Sequence record: PZ445533.1
Source: a phage
Reading direction: 5' to 3' (one strand)
Length of the DNA stretch: 48,914 nucleotides
In this document: piece by piece, positions 30,141 through 38,441 of the stretch
Numbering within the stretch: the stretch's first letter is position 1
Layout: the number at the start of each line of letters is the position of its first letter
The notes under the pieces: generated by a model
The model's input: the letters and a program-made list of their open reading frames with translations, nothing else
Databases searched by the model: none
Told to the model about the DNA's origin: nothing
Position numbers and translations under genes: made by a program

Positions 30141-30559
30141 TGGCTATAACTGATAAAGGAGATTATCTTGAGTTTTACGAAAGAGATCCAACCGACACTA
30201 GAAAGGAAGTTAATCACCAGATAGATAGCTTTCAGTGGTTGACTTATGCTCATCCTTACTTGCTGGCGTGGCATACGGTAAACGAGAATGAGAAGTCGAA
30301 AGTAACGGCGATGATTGATCAGCAGTCCGGCTTGGTTAAGGGGGTAAGCGATTTCATCATCCTGATTGGTTCAAACGGAAAATACCCCTTTGCAGCGATT
30401 GAGATCAAACGAGTTAATAAATCAGGCAAGGGGAAAGCATCACCAGTCAGCGATGAACAAAAGGCTTTTTTGCGTCGCGTTCGCAGTTTAGGAGGATTCG
30501 CTGCGGTCGCCTACGGATTTAATCAGTTTAAGTTAGCTATTGAATACATGCTTAAATAG
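30140..30559 (+). CDS. VRR-NUC domain nuclease
   Basis: GVSDFIIL...AAIEIKR...DEQKAFL pattern typical of VRR-NUC PD-(D/E)XK fold; TAATG overlap with helicase. Confidence 0.7.
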   Translation: MAITDKGDYLEFYERDPTDTRKEVNHQIDSFQWLTYAHPYLLAWHTVNENEKSKVTAMIDQQSGLVKGVSDFIILIGSNGKYPFAAIEIKRVNKSGKGKASPVSDEQKAFLRRVRSLGGFAAVAYGFNQFKLAIEYMLK

Positions 30560-30612
30560 CACTTTTTGTTAAAACTGGCGCGATGGATTGCGCCATAATT
30601 CAATAACACGAG
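30553..30612 (+). promoter_or_regulatory. Motif cassette (21-bp box + hairpin + ATAAT) upstream of dam
   Basis: AAATAGCACTTTTTGTTAAAAC with TAG as stop of VRR-NUC gene; hairpin GGCGCGATGGATTGCGCC; CATAAT 22 nt after TTGTTA. Confidence 0.5.
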
Positions 30613-30639
30613 ATGGCTTTTAATAGCGGAGAAATGAAA

Positions 30640-31365
30640 ATGGCTAAAGATATTTTAGATAAAGACACACATGACGCATTCGTTAGCTTTGAGCAGTTGG
30701 AGAGAGAAACGTTTATAGGAAATGCTCTTGCAACTGGAGGCCATTACCAGGCAGTAAAGCCAAATCAATATTATAAGGTAAGCGGCAACCGATACGCTGG
30801 AAGCACTACGCCGGACGTTGTGCGCGATATGTGGAGCACACCTCAAGAGATCGTGGAGTGGATGGAATCAGAATTTGGCGAATACGATCTCGACGCGGCA
30901 GCAAGCCATGAAAACGCAGTTTGCGAGAAGTTCTATAGCAAGGAAACAAACTGCTTAAAGCGTTGGTGGGGTAGCAACAAGCACGTATGGCTTAACCCGC
31001 CGCACAGCAACCCAACGCCATTTATCAAGAAAGCAATTGAGCAAATGGAGCACAACAACCAAATTGATGTTTTGCTGCCTGCCGACAATTCCACGGCCTG
31101 GTTTTATGAGGCGCAGAAAAACGCGGCTGAAATCATATGGATCACTGGCGAGGTTTACGAAGAGGGGGGAGTGGAATATTCCCGCACCGGAAGAATCGCC
31201 TTTGTGTCTGGATTGACTGGCGAGCCTGTACAGGGCAACAATAAGGGAAGCGTGATTTTTGTCATGCGCAAACTTAAAGAAGGCGAGGAGCAGAAAACGC
31301 GATACGTTAAGATCAGCGATATTTGCCCCTCTGTAACCGAACGCCGCGCGCGCAAACGGAGCTAA
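30640..31365 (+). CDS. dam: DNA N6-adenine methyltransferase (phage Dam family)
   Basis: DLDAAAS and WLNPPHS motifs; GGAG RBS 9 nt upstream; ORF is open from 30613 so start uncertain. Confidence 0.65.
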   Translation: MAKDILDKDTHDAFVSFEQLERETFIGNALATGGHYQAVKPNQYYKVSGNRYAGSTTPDVVRDMWSTPQEIVEWMESEFGEYDLDAAASHENAVCEKFYSKETNCLKRWWGSNKHVWLNPPHSNPTPFIKKAIEQMEHNNQIDVLLPADNSTAWFYEAQKNAAEIIWITGEVYEEGGVEYSRTGRIAFVSGLTGEPVQGNNKGSVIFVMRKLKEGEEQKTRYVKISDICPSVTERRARKRS

Positions 31366-31369
31366 CACG

Positions 31370-31627
31370 ATGAAAAAAGAGAGAAGCGTTTATTTAAATG
31401 AAACTGGCGAGTGGTTGTTATTTCGCGCTATGGTGTGCGATGCACTTGATAAAAACCCTAACGTGAAAAAGATGATTGATTGCGATCCGTGGGAATTTTC
31501 AAGCGCATTAGATATGAGCTTTGAGGATACAAGAAAACTACCTCTTGAAAAATGGCACGAACAAATAAGAAATGACATGCAAGAGTTTGTCGATTCGTGG
31601 AATTTTCAGAACGGAATGATCCACTAA
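31370..31627 (+). CDS. Hypothetical protein
   Basis: 85 aa; stop TAA directly followed by the motif cassette. Confidence 0.5.
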   Translation: MKKERSVYLNETGEWLLFRAMVCDALDKNPNVKKMIDCDPWEFSSALDMSFEDTRKLPLEKWHEQIRNDMQEFVDSWNFQNGMIH

Positions 31628-31690
31628 TAGCACTTTTTGTTAAAACGCCCGGCATTTTGTCGGGCATAATTATTTCATCGAAACGAACGT
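31626..31690 (+). promoter_or_regulatory. Motif cassette
   Basis: AATAGCACTTTTTGTTAAAAC, hairpin GCCCGGCATTTTGTCGGGC, ATAATT, CATCGAAACGAAC, RBS GAGG. Confidence 0.5.
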
Positions 31691-31702
31691 GAGGAAATGA
31701 AA

Positions 31703-31882
31703 ATGGTAGTATATAGCAAGAAAGCATTTGACCAGGCGCAACAAGCCGCACGCGAGGCGGTAAAAGGTGGAACGAAAAACAATATGCAGCTTGATTGGGG
31801 CGCTGCAATGATTCTACTTCGCGTTGCATATGGTCACTACCCGTTAGAATTTGCGGAGGCATATTATAAGCATGAAGGTTGA
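31703..31882 (+). CDS. Hypothetical small protein
   Basis: GAGG RBS 8 nt upstream of ATG 31703; downstream of motif cassette. Confidence 0.45.
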   Translation: MVVYSKKAFDQAQQAAREAVKGGTKNNMQLDWGAAMILLRVAYGHYPLEFAEAYYKHEG

Positions 31883-32114
31883 GCAAGGTAGAGAGGCGGT
31901 ATGGAATCACGCTAAAGAATGCGGAATAGCCGACGATATAAAGAAGATCGCGCAATACTTTGATATTGCAGATGTGAGCATAATTAGCGGCGATAAGATG
32001 ACTTTCCTCAAGGAAAGGCCGCGAAAAATGGTAAGAGTTCCAGCAGTTCCAACAAAAATTGATTTCAAAGAGGCAATGGCTAAAATCCGAGAGCCTCGCA
32101 AATATTATAAATGA
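31872..32114 (+). CDS. Hypothetical protein
   Basis: 80 aa from internal ATG overlapping upstream stop. Confidence 0.4.
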   Translation: MKVEQGREAVWNHAKECGIADDIKKIAQYFDIADVSIISGDKMTFLKERPRKMVRVPAVPTKIDFKEAMAKIREPRKYYK

Positions 32115-32208
32115 GGATAGTTATCATGTGGCGCTTGTTTGTTCTACCGTTACCCGTTATCATCGCTGTTACAGTTATGTACCATATAGTGATGAGATAG
32201 GTAGCAGA

Positions 32209-33324
32209 ATGAAAAATGTAAAAATTACAGATGAGCAATTCAAAATCGAACGGGCGGCGGGTAAGACATATAAACAGATCGCTCAAGAGTACGGAATGAA
32301 TGTGAGAAGCGTCGAGCGTCGCGCGGCGCGCCTTGCAAAGCAAGGCCAGGTATCCACCATTGGAGCGCCTGGTTTTGGCGTTCATGGTGAGTCAGTAATG
32401 ACTGACAAAGAAGGCAACATAATCCTAAAGTGGACTAAAACCAGCAAGGATAAAGAGCAATTAGAAGCATTAATGCGCGCAGCAATGGAGGCATTTAGCG
32501 AGGAAGTGCCGCGATTAGATCCGGTTCCATTACAGGAGCGCGACTATAACGAAACGCTTTCCTTGTATCCGATCTTTGACATGCACTTAGGCGCTATGGC
32601 CCATAAGCACGAATGCGGCGAAAATTGGGATACTGCCACGGCAGAGCGCGTTATGAATAACTTTATCGACTATGCTTTAATGTGCGCACCGGATAGCGAA
32701 AAGGCTGTCATCCTGATTGGTGGCGATATGCTGCATAGCGACGGCCTGGAGGCGGTTACACCTGCAAGCGGTCACGTACTGGATCAAGATAGTCGATATG
32801 CAAAATTGGTTTACGTTGCCATCCGTGCAATGCGACGCGCAATCAATAAAATGTTGTTAAAGCATAAACATGTTGAAGTCCAGATCGTAGAGGGCAATCA
32901 TGACCAATCAGGAATGATTTGGCTACGCGCAGCAATGGCGGCAGCATATGAAAACGAGCCGCGCGTTTACGTTGATGTTTCCCCTCGCGTTGTGCACCAC
33001 ACGCAATACGGAAAAACTTTCCTTGCGTACCATCACGGGCACACAGTGCGTAAACCGGAGGATTTGCTAATGATGTGCGCGTCAGATTGGCGGGAGGACT
33101 TCGGAAACTCAAAAACGATGTATGCGCACGTAGGGCACTGGCATCACCAGACCGTGACAGAAACGTCGCTTGGCATCGTTGAGGTGCATAGCACACTGGC
33201 GGCAAAAGACGCATACGCCGCGCGAGGTGGCTGGAGATCTCGACGCCGTGCGGCGGTTATCATTTACGACAAAGAGCATGGAGAGGTGGGGCGATTTGTT
33301 CACTATCCAGAAATGATGAATTGA
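32209..33324 (+). CDS. HTH domain fused to calcineurin-like metallophosphoesterase (Mre11/SbcD-like motifs)
   Basis: N-terminal HTH-like segment (YKQIAQEYGMNVRSVERRAARL); DxHLG, GD, GNHD, GHWHH phosphoesterase motifs; start 32209 inferred. Confidence 0.5.
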   Translation: MKNVKITDEQFKIERAAGKTYKQIAQEYGMNVRSVERRAARLAKQGQVSTIGAPGFGVHGESVMTDKEGNIILKWTKTSKDKEQLEALMRAAMEAFSEEVPRLDPVPLQERDYNETLSLYPIFDMHLGAMAHKHECGENWDTATAERVMNNFIDYALMCAPDSEKAVILIGGDMLHSDGLEAVTPASGHVLDQDSRYAKLVYVAIRAMRRAINKMLLKHKHVEVQIVEGNHDQSGMIWLRAAMAAAYENEPRVYVDVSPRVVHHTQYGKTFLAYHHGHTVRKPEDLLMMCASDWREDFGNSKTMYAHVGHWHHQTVTETSLGIVEVHSTLAAKDAYAARGGWRSRRRAAVIIYDKEHGEVGRFVHYPEMMN

Positions 33325-33469
33325 TGAATTTTTATTTAAATCAATGACAAATTAAATCAAAAACTTGCAAAGGGGCGGCGTTTGTCGCCTCTTTTTTTTG
33401 TTTAATTTTTTACCATGTACGTTTATCATGCGGTCAATATATTGACTTTAATTAATATGGAGAATAAAA

Positions 33470-33685
33470 ATGAAAGATTTTATTAACGCAGCTACCGCTG
33501 GATCTGGCGGTTCATCTATCGCAAGCGCCGCTACAGGGCAGTTAACCATTGCTATTGCCAGCTTTGTTTTAATGGCTGCATTCGGTGCATGGGGCGCTTA
33601 CCTTCGCTGGCGTGATAGTAAAAAATTCCACGAAGCGATCGAAAAAGGTGATATTCAAAAAGCTATTGAAATCAGGGGCAAGTAA
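33470..33685 (+). CDS. Holin (putative)
   Basis: 71 aa, one or two TM segments, charged C-terminus, immediately upstream of endolysin (TAATG overlap). Confidence 0.55.
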   Translation: MKDFINAATAGSGGSSIASAATGQLTIAIASFVLMAAFGAWGAYLRWRDSKKFHEAIEKGDIQKAIEIRGK

Positions 33686-34176
33686 TGAGCATAAAGAACA
33701 GGGTAGCGGCTGCGGCCTTTGGCGTTGCGGTTGCCTTGACTTCTCCACTTCTTGAAGAGATCGAAGGGGTAAGATACAAGCCATACAAAGATATTGCTGG
33801 AGTATGGACGGTTTGCGCAGGAATCACCGGACCAGATGTTATCCTGGGGAAAACGTACACTAAAAAAGAGTGTGATGCTTTGTTGGCTAAGCATATCCAG
33901 GTTGCTAAAAAGGAAGTTGACAAGCAAGTTAAGGTTGATATTCCTGATAGTATGCGTGCAGCAATGTACTCATTCACTTACAATGCAGGTGTGGGAGCTT
34001 TCAGAAATTCAACAATGCTGAAACTCATCAACCAGGGGAAATTAAACGAGGCTTGCGATCAGCTTTATCGTTGGACTTATTACCATAACCCAAAAACAGG
34101 AAAGCGCGAGAAGTCTAAAGGCTTACTTAACAGGCGCAAGGTCGAATACAAATATTGCACAATGGATCTGAAATGA
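33685..34176 (+). CDS. SAR endolysin, T4-lysozyme-like (GH24)
   Basis: E-x8-D-x5-T catalytic triad pattern ([19 protein letters not shown]) preceded by Ala/Gly-rich signal-anchor-release segment. Confidence 0.8.
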   Translation: MSIKNRVAAAAFGVAVALTSPLLEEIEGVRYKPYKDIAGVWTVCAGITGPDVILGKTYTKKECDALLAKHIQVAKKEVDKQVKVDIPDSMRAAMYSFTYNAGVGAFRNSTMLKLINQGKLNEACDQLYRWTYYHNPKTGKREKSKGLLNRRKVEYKYCTMDLK

Positions 34177-34568
34177 TGAAGAATTTTTTACTTACACCAA
34201 TCGCAATGGCGGTGATCTTGTCTGGATGTTCAAGCGTTACGCCACTGACCGGATTAATCGGCAGTAAGCCGGAAATCACAGCACAGGCTGGAGCGGAGAA
34301 CGTGAAGCAGACAGTTGGCATTACAGCAAAGCAGGACGCCAGCACAAAACAGGAAACCACAATAAAGGAATCTGCGGTTGACAAGGTGGACACGTCCAGC
34401 AAGAAGGATTTCACAACATCAACCATTCAGGCCAATACCATCAAGGCAGACAAAATTCAGGTCGTGCAGGGTAATAACGGCAGATGGTACGATCCGGTAA
34501 TCATATGCGTGGTTGTGTTAATTGTGCTGATTTTTCTTTACTGGAGAGAAAAGAAAAAGGAGGCTTAA
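34176..34568 (+). CDS. Unimolecular spanin (T1 gp11-like)
   Basis: N-terminal lipoprotein signal with lipobox LSGC plus C-terminal TM helix (VIICVVVLIVLIFLYW) in one polypeptide; overlaps endolysin stop. Confidence 0.7.
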   Translation: MKNFLLTPIAMAVILSGCSSVTPLTGLIGSKPEITAQAGAENVKQTVGITAKQDASTKQETTIKESAVDKVDTSSKKDFTTSTIQANTIKADKIQVVQGNNGRWYDPVIICVVVLIVLIFLYWREKKKEA

Positions 34569-34582
34569 TGCCTCCTTTATTT
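34549..34582. terminator. Bidirectional terminator between convergent spanin (+) and small gene (-)
   Basis: AAAAAGGAGGC TTAATG CCTCCTTTATTTTT. Confidence 0.6.
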
Positions 34583-34808
34583 TTATGCGTCGGGCCACAT
34601 ATGAGTTTCGTTTGTTGGCTTGTTCGATTCGTCGTACTGCCTTACTTCAATGCTGCAAGTGTCGCCGTACATTTCTGCAATCTTGCGCTCATTTTCAACC
34701 GCCGATTGCTCACTCCAGCCTGAATCCTTATCGTAAACTGTCGGGATTTCAGAAGAAGATCCATTTGCATGATTGTATACGCGAACTACTAAAAACTTGC
34801 TGGACATA
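34583..34808 (-). CDS. Hypothetical protein
   Basis: 75 aa from ATG 34808 with AGGA RBS, directly downstream of motif cassette. Confidence 0.5.
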
Positions 34809-34814
34809 ATTTTT

Positions 34815-34889
34815 CCTTTTTGGTTGGTTCGTTTCGATGAAACAAATATACCCGACACAAGGTCGGGAGTTTTAACAAAAAATGCTATT
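34815..34889 (-). promoter_or_regulatory. Motif cassette
   Basis: Minus-strand AATAGCATTTTTTGTTAAAAC, hairpin CCCGACCTTGTGTCGGG, TATATT, CATCGAAACGAACC. Confidence 0.5.
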
Positions 34890-35079
34890 CCATACGCTTT
34901 ACTGTAACCAATAACACACCATCATCATTGCATAAAACGTGTTCAGTGGTGCTAAAAGCTCGCATATCTGAATAAAGTAGCGTAAGTAAAGCATGAATAA
35001 AATCATCATGTGATATTGAATTTACGGCGCAGTGCTTCAAGATCTTGTCTATTAGCTTTTGCCTGGAACAATTCATCAT
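34885..35079 (-). CDS. Hypothetical small ORF overlapping 3' end of upstream gene (uncertain)
   Basis: 64 aa ORF whose TAG stop is the TAG inside the 21-bp motif; overlaps 35006-35401 by 74 nt. Confidence 0.2.
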   Translation of the reverse strand: MMNCSRQKLIDKILKHCAVNSISHDDFIHALLTLLYSDMRAFSTTEHVLCNDDGVLLVTVKRME

Positions 35080-35401
35080 CGCCCATCTCCCCTATTCTAG
35101 CTATATCCCTGATCCAGTCGTTGCGCATACCATCCAGGCTATACAATTCGAATCCGAAAGGCCGCTTTGACGATCCTTTGGACCAGTATTTTCCGCAGAC
35201 TCCATCTATATAACCAGCCGTCATCATTCTTGCGCAAAATTCCTTAGATGCAAGGCTGGCGAACATTCGCGGCGTAAGTCCGGCGGCCCGTGCGAGCCGC
35301 TCACATTCTCTATGCTGATAGATAAATTTGGCTATGTGCTGCCTGTTAAACCAATCGTATGACTCACACCATTTATACAGATCAAGCAAAAACATAATCA
35401 T
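35006..35401 (-). CDS. Hypothetical protein coupled to P-loop ATPase
   Basis: 131 aa; ATGA overlap with upstream 526-aa gene. Confidence 0.55.
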   Translation of the reverse strand: MIMFLLDLYKWCESYDWFNRQHIAKFIYQHRECERLARAAGLTPRMFASLASKEFCARMMTAGYIDGVCGKYWSKGSSKRPFGFELYSLDGMRNDWIRDIARIGEMGDDELFQAKANRQDLEALRRKFNIT

Positions 35402-36978
35402 CCCAGCAGTATTGGATTGACAAAAATAACACCATTAATCACACAAACATAATTTCTTTCTTCCAGCATTGGCAGTAAGTGCCCTTCTATCCTTTTCATT
35501 ACGCCAGCCTGACCAACGAAAGGTTTTACCTTTCTCGCTGATTCGTACAGGGCGCGGATATTCAGAATCCCTTTATTAGCCTTGCCGTGCCTCGTGATCA
35601 ATTCAATCAATTTACCCATTTCAGCATCATCACCAGCATAACCAGAAGCATTGGCGGCGCTAATGTATGTTTTGCTCAATTCCTGAAACATGATCAACGC
35701 CTCTTGCATTGTTTCCACGTCGATCTCTTTCGACTTCTGCGGGTATCCGGCAGGATTAAACCAGTTACGGATAACATGCAGGACGGAAGCAAGCCTGATC
35801 ACCTGTTTATCCATTTTACCCAGCGCACCGCGTAACATTGTATGAGAATACTTTCCTCCGTCTGCAAGATGCGGTTCCATATCCTGGCGAGCAATGTTGA
35901 GCACTCGCATAGCTGAACGGCTTATTTTCAGCGATATATTTGATTCGCTCATGATGTTATGCACCAATTGATAATATTGGGCTTTCAATTCAGAATCCAC
36001 CGCCTCATAGGTAGAATCACCATTTTCATCAATGAATGAGCGACGGCCTAAGAATGATTCCTCTCGGACCAACAAAAAACGCTCACTAACACCGATGCCT
36101 CGCGATCCAGCGTCCATGATTCCGCTTATCGTTTCATCCTGGGCTATGACGCTCATACATCCAAGCGCGCGAAAACTCATATTATTGTCAGCATTAGCGC
36201 GGGCAATTGATACGTGACCATTATCCCACGCCTTAAGCACTAACTCACTGTTAGTCTTCCTTTCGCTATTTGCATAGGTCAAGCCTAACAGACTGTTAAT
36301 ACTTGTTGCTTCATCAGATATTACGGCAAAGTTACCTTGCTTGTTGTTGATTTTCGCCAAGCCTTCTGGAGTTGTATCTGAAACAGGAAAAGTTATATCA
36401 CACATTTTTTCCAGCTTTTCCTCCAGATCCTCTTTTTCCTGGTATAGAGATTCCATATCAGCGCCGGATCTTTCGCTTTTCATCTCCTTTGCAAGACCTG
36501 CCAGCTTTGCCTGTATTTTCTTTCTTTCCTTGCGGCGTTGCTCGTTGATCTTCTCAACTTCCGCAATCATCGGAGCAATAGCCATGCTGTTGATCGCAGA
36601 TTTACCAGTTGACGGCGGCTGGCTTGTAACGACGTAAAGCGCAGTCGGCTGATCGGTTCCGTGATAGTCAACCGTAAAGCGTCCAAGCATAGCGGCAGAA
36701 ATGCAGCCGATAAAGTGCATGTAAGCCGATGATTCAGGGAATTGAACGGATCGCGCAATGCTGCGTGATAACTTGCCGACAACATCAATATCATTACCAA
36801 GAGAAATAACGGGGTAGCGATCGTGACCGCTATTCACATCCTTTACGTCGCCCCAAAAGCTGGACGACTGGCGATAGCCGTTAGCCTGAATTGATACGCG
36901 AACTGGCGAAAGGTTCTGGCTTTCAGCCATAGCGATTATTTGTTGTGGAGTTAATTTGTTCGTTTCTAATGAAAACAT
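35398..36978 (-). CDS. P-loop NTPase of unknown function (deviant Walker A PPSTGKS, Walker B VISDEA)
   Basis: 526 aa; SF3-helicase-like Walker A variant, Walker B hhhhDE about 90 aa downstream with charged coiled insert; first gene behind motif cassette. Confidence 0.5.
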   Translation of the reverse strand: MFSLETNKLTPQQIIAMAESQNLSPVRVSIQANGYRQSSSFWGDVKDVNSGHDRYPVISLGNDIDVVGKLSRSIARSVQFPESSAYMHFIGCISAAMLGRFTVDYHGTDQPTALYVVTSQPPSTGKSAINSMAIAPMIAEVEKINEQRRKERKKIQAKLAGLAKEMKSERSGADMESLYQEKEDLEEKLEKMCDITFPVSDTTPEGLAKINNKQGNFAVISDEATSINSLLGLTYANSERKTNSELVLKAWDNGHVSIARANADNNMSFRALGCMSVIAQDETISGIMDAGSRGIGVSERFLLVREESFLGRRSFIDENGDSTYEAVDSELKAQYYQLVHNIMSESNISLKISRSAMRVLNIARQDMEPHLADGGKYSHTMLRGALGKMDKQVIRLASVLHVIRNWFNPAGYPQKSKEIDVETMQEALIMFQELSKTYISAANASGYAGDDAEMGKLIELITRHGKANKGILNIRALYESARKVKPFVGQAGVMKRIEGHLLPMLEERNYVCVINGVIFVNPILLG

Positions 36979-36984
36979 TCGTTA

Positions 36985-37053
36985 GCTTCTCCTTTGTGGG
37001 CCGTAAATTTTAACGGCCCAATACTACCCCGTTTTGTCAAAAAGTGCTATTTG
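36985..37053 (-). promoter_or_regulatory. Motif cassette (box carries canonical TTGACA) upstream of P-loop ATPase gene
   Basis: Minus-strand AAATAGCACTTTTTGACAAAAC, hairpin GGGCCG...CGGCCC with TAAAAT in loop 22 nt after TTGACA. Confidence 0.5.
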
Positions 37054-37268
37054 ATCCGCTCTATTGCAACCAGAAGTCGATCAGGCTGGCGGTCGCTGTA
37101 GCATTCTCCTGTAATCCCATCCTTAAACGTAAAGTAAAGCGCCTTATGATATGAAAAACCAATCAGCCAACCTACCGCCGTTTTTTTGATGGGCCTGACT
37201 ATATCGCCAGGCTTGAAAGTCTTTGTGGTAGAATGCGTTACTTTGTAACGGTTTTCACTGTTTATCAC
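37047..37268 (-). CDS. Hypothetical protein
   Basis: 73 aa; ATGA overlap with upstream gene; stop TAG within motif. Confidence 0.5.
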   Translation of the reverse strand: MINSENRYKVTHSTTKTFKPGDIVRPIKKTAVGWLIGFSYHKALYFTFKDGITGECYSDRQPDRLLVAIERIK

Positions 37269-37651
37269 AGATATTTGCCCTCAAACAGATAACAGCCGCC
37301 AGCAGAGAATCCGACCTCTTCACGGTACAGGTTCCAGCGGTCGCCGCACTCATCAAAAACATAACCCGCAACGCTTCCAAGCGGTCGCCCTTTCTCGATC
37401 TGGTATCGCTTGCCCTGCTTAAAGTGCTTTTTGCACGGCATGTTATGATCTACAAACGTGCAAAGAACGGTTTTTGTGTTAATGGAGCGGTAATCATCTC
37501 GGTTTGCTGGAAGCCAGCGGCTACCCTTAACAAGCGTCTTAACCTGGAACTCTTCCACCTCGATCACATCATCACTTCCTGCAATCTTCTGATAAACCGT
37601 TTTAAAACGGCCTTTCATCAATACGTTGGTTTCATTACAGATAACATTCAT
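37265..37651 (-). CDS. Hypothetical protein
   Basis: 128 aa; AAGGAG RBS; directly downstream of motif cassette. Confidence 0.55.
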   Translation of the reverse strand: MNVICNETNVLMKGRFKTVYQKIAGSDDVIEVEEFQVKTLVKGSRWLPANRDDYRSINTKTVLCTFVDHNMPCKKHFKQGKRYQIEKGRPLGSVAGYVFDECGDRWNLYREEVGFSAGGCYLFEGKYL

Positions 37652-37659
37652 GATTAGAT

Positions 37660-37727
37660 CTCCTTTGTTTGTTCGATGTGATTATGCCAGGTTTTTACAC
37701 CTGGCTTTTAACAAAAAGTGCTATTTT
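37660..37727 (-). promoter_or_regulatory. Motif cassette
   Basis: Minus-strand motif containing methyltransferase stop TAG, hairpin GCCAGGTGTAAAAACCTGGC, ATAATC, TCGAACAAACAAAGGAG. Confidence 0.5.
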
Positions 37728-38431
37728 GAGTTTGACTCAAAGACTGCGCGAGCAAAGCCGCGCGGAGTGAGGGAGCGGATCATCTTTGTGCGCGATGACT
37801 TGCCGCCAGTTTTGGCCCAGCCTGGATTATCTTTGTCTTCCTCTTTCGGCAGGATTAAAGCGCGTGGAGGAATAACAAAGCCGTTGCCAGTCCAGAGGCA
37901 CGTTTTCTTAAAATAGCGATCACGCGCCGGAATAATATCAGGGAAGTCGGGATGTTTATCATCTTCCGGCAGATAGCCAGCGTAATCGCACGGATGGAAC
38001 GTATAATCAGGCTTACGCCATAACGTTGACAACTTGCCAACCGGATTTTCGATCATGTAAGGAACACCGAAATAATCAGCTATATCAGCCGCGATTCTGC
38101 AAGTGTCGGCGGCCTCATCCTGGAACGATGGATTCTCAAGGCGTTTTTTGGCCCAATGGCGAGATCCGCTATTTGCAAGGTCGGTGCAAGGAGGGAACGC
38201 CATAATAAAATCAGGATTGCCCCACTCATTATTGATTGCCTTAACATAAAAAGCATCATCAATCCAGACGTTAACGTATTCGATATTCTCATGCTGTATG
38301 CGCACTGACTGGTAATCACCGTGATCGCCGCCGTCAGCATTAAAGCAAATGCACTTATATCCATTATCAGCCCAATCTTTAACTGCTTTACCAGATCCAT
38401 CAAATAGGGAGAACATTAAACCTTTATACAT
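37721..38431 (-). CDS. Compact DNA (cytosine-5)-methyltransferase-like protein
   Basis: 236 aa; motif I-like FSLFDGSG, motif IV FPPCTDLANSG (PC catalytic Cys), motif VI ENPVG, C-terminal TPRGFARAVF; GAGG RBS 8 nt upstream of ATG 38431. Confidence 0.6.
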   Translation of the reverse strand: MYKGLMFSLFDGSGKAVKDWADNGYKCICFNADGGDHGDYQSVRIQHENIEYVNVWIDDAFYVKAINNEWGNPDFIMAFPPCTDLANSGSRHWAKKRLENPSFQDEAADTCRIAADIADYFGVPYMIENPVGKLSTLWRKPDYTFHPCDYAGYLPEDDKHPDFPDIIPARDRYFKKTCLWTGNGFVIPPRALILPKEEDKDNPGWAKTGGKSSRTKMIRSLTPRGFARAVFESNSK

Positions 38432-38441
38432 CGTCATTACC

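Noticed and set aside
30553-30576. Reading the 21-bp box as a sigma54 promoter (TGGCAC-N5-TTGCW)
   Set aside because: The box has TAGCAC instead of the essential GG and the -12 GC does not align; the box-to--10 geometry fits an activator-type or atypical sigma70-dependent arrangement better.
32059-32208. N-terminal extension of the HTH-metallophosphoesterase ORF back to 32059
   Set aside because: Extension overlaps the preceding gene and encodes low-complexity sequence; internal ATG 32209 begins the recognisable HTH domain. Start remains uncertain.
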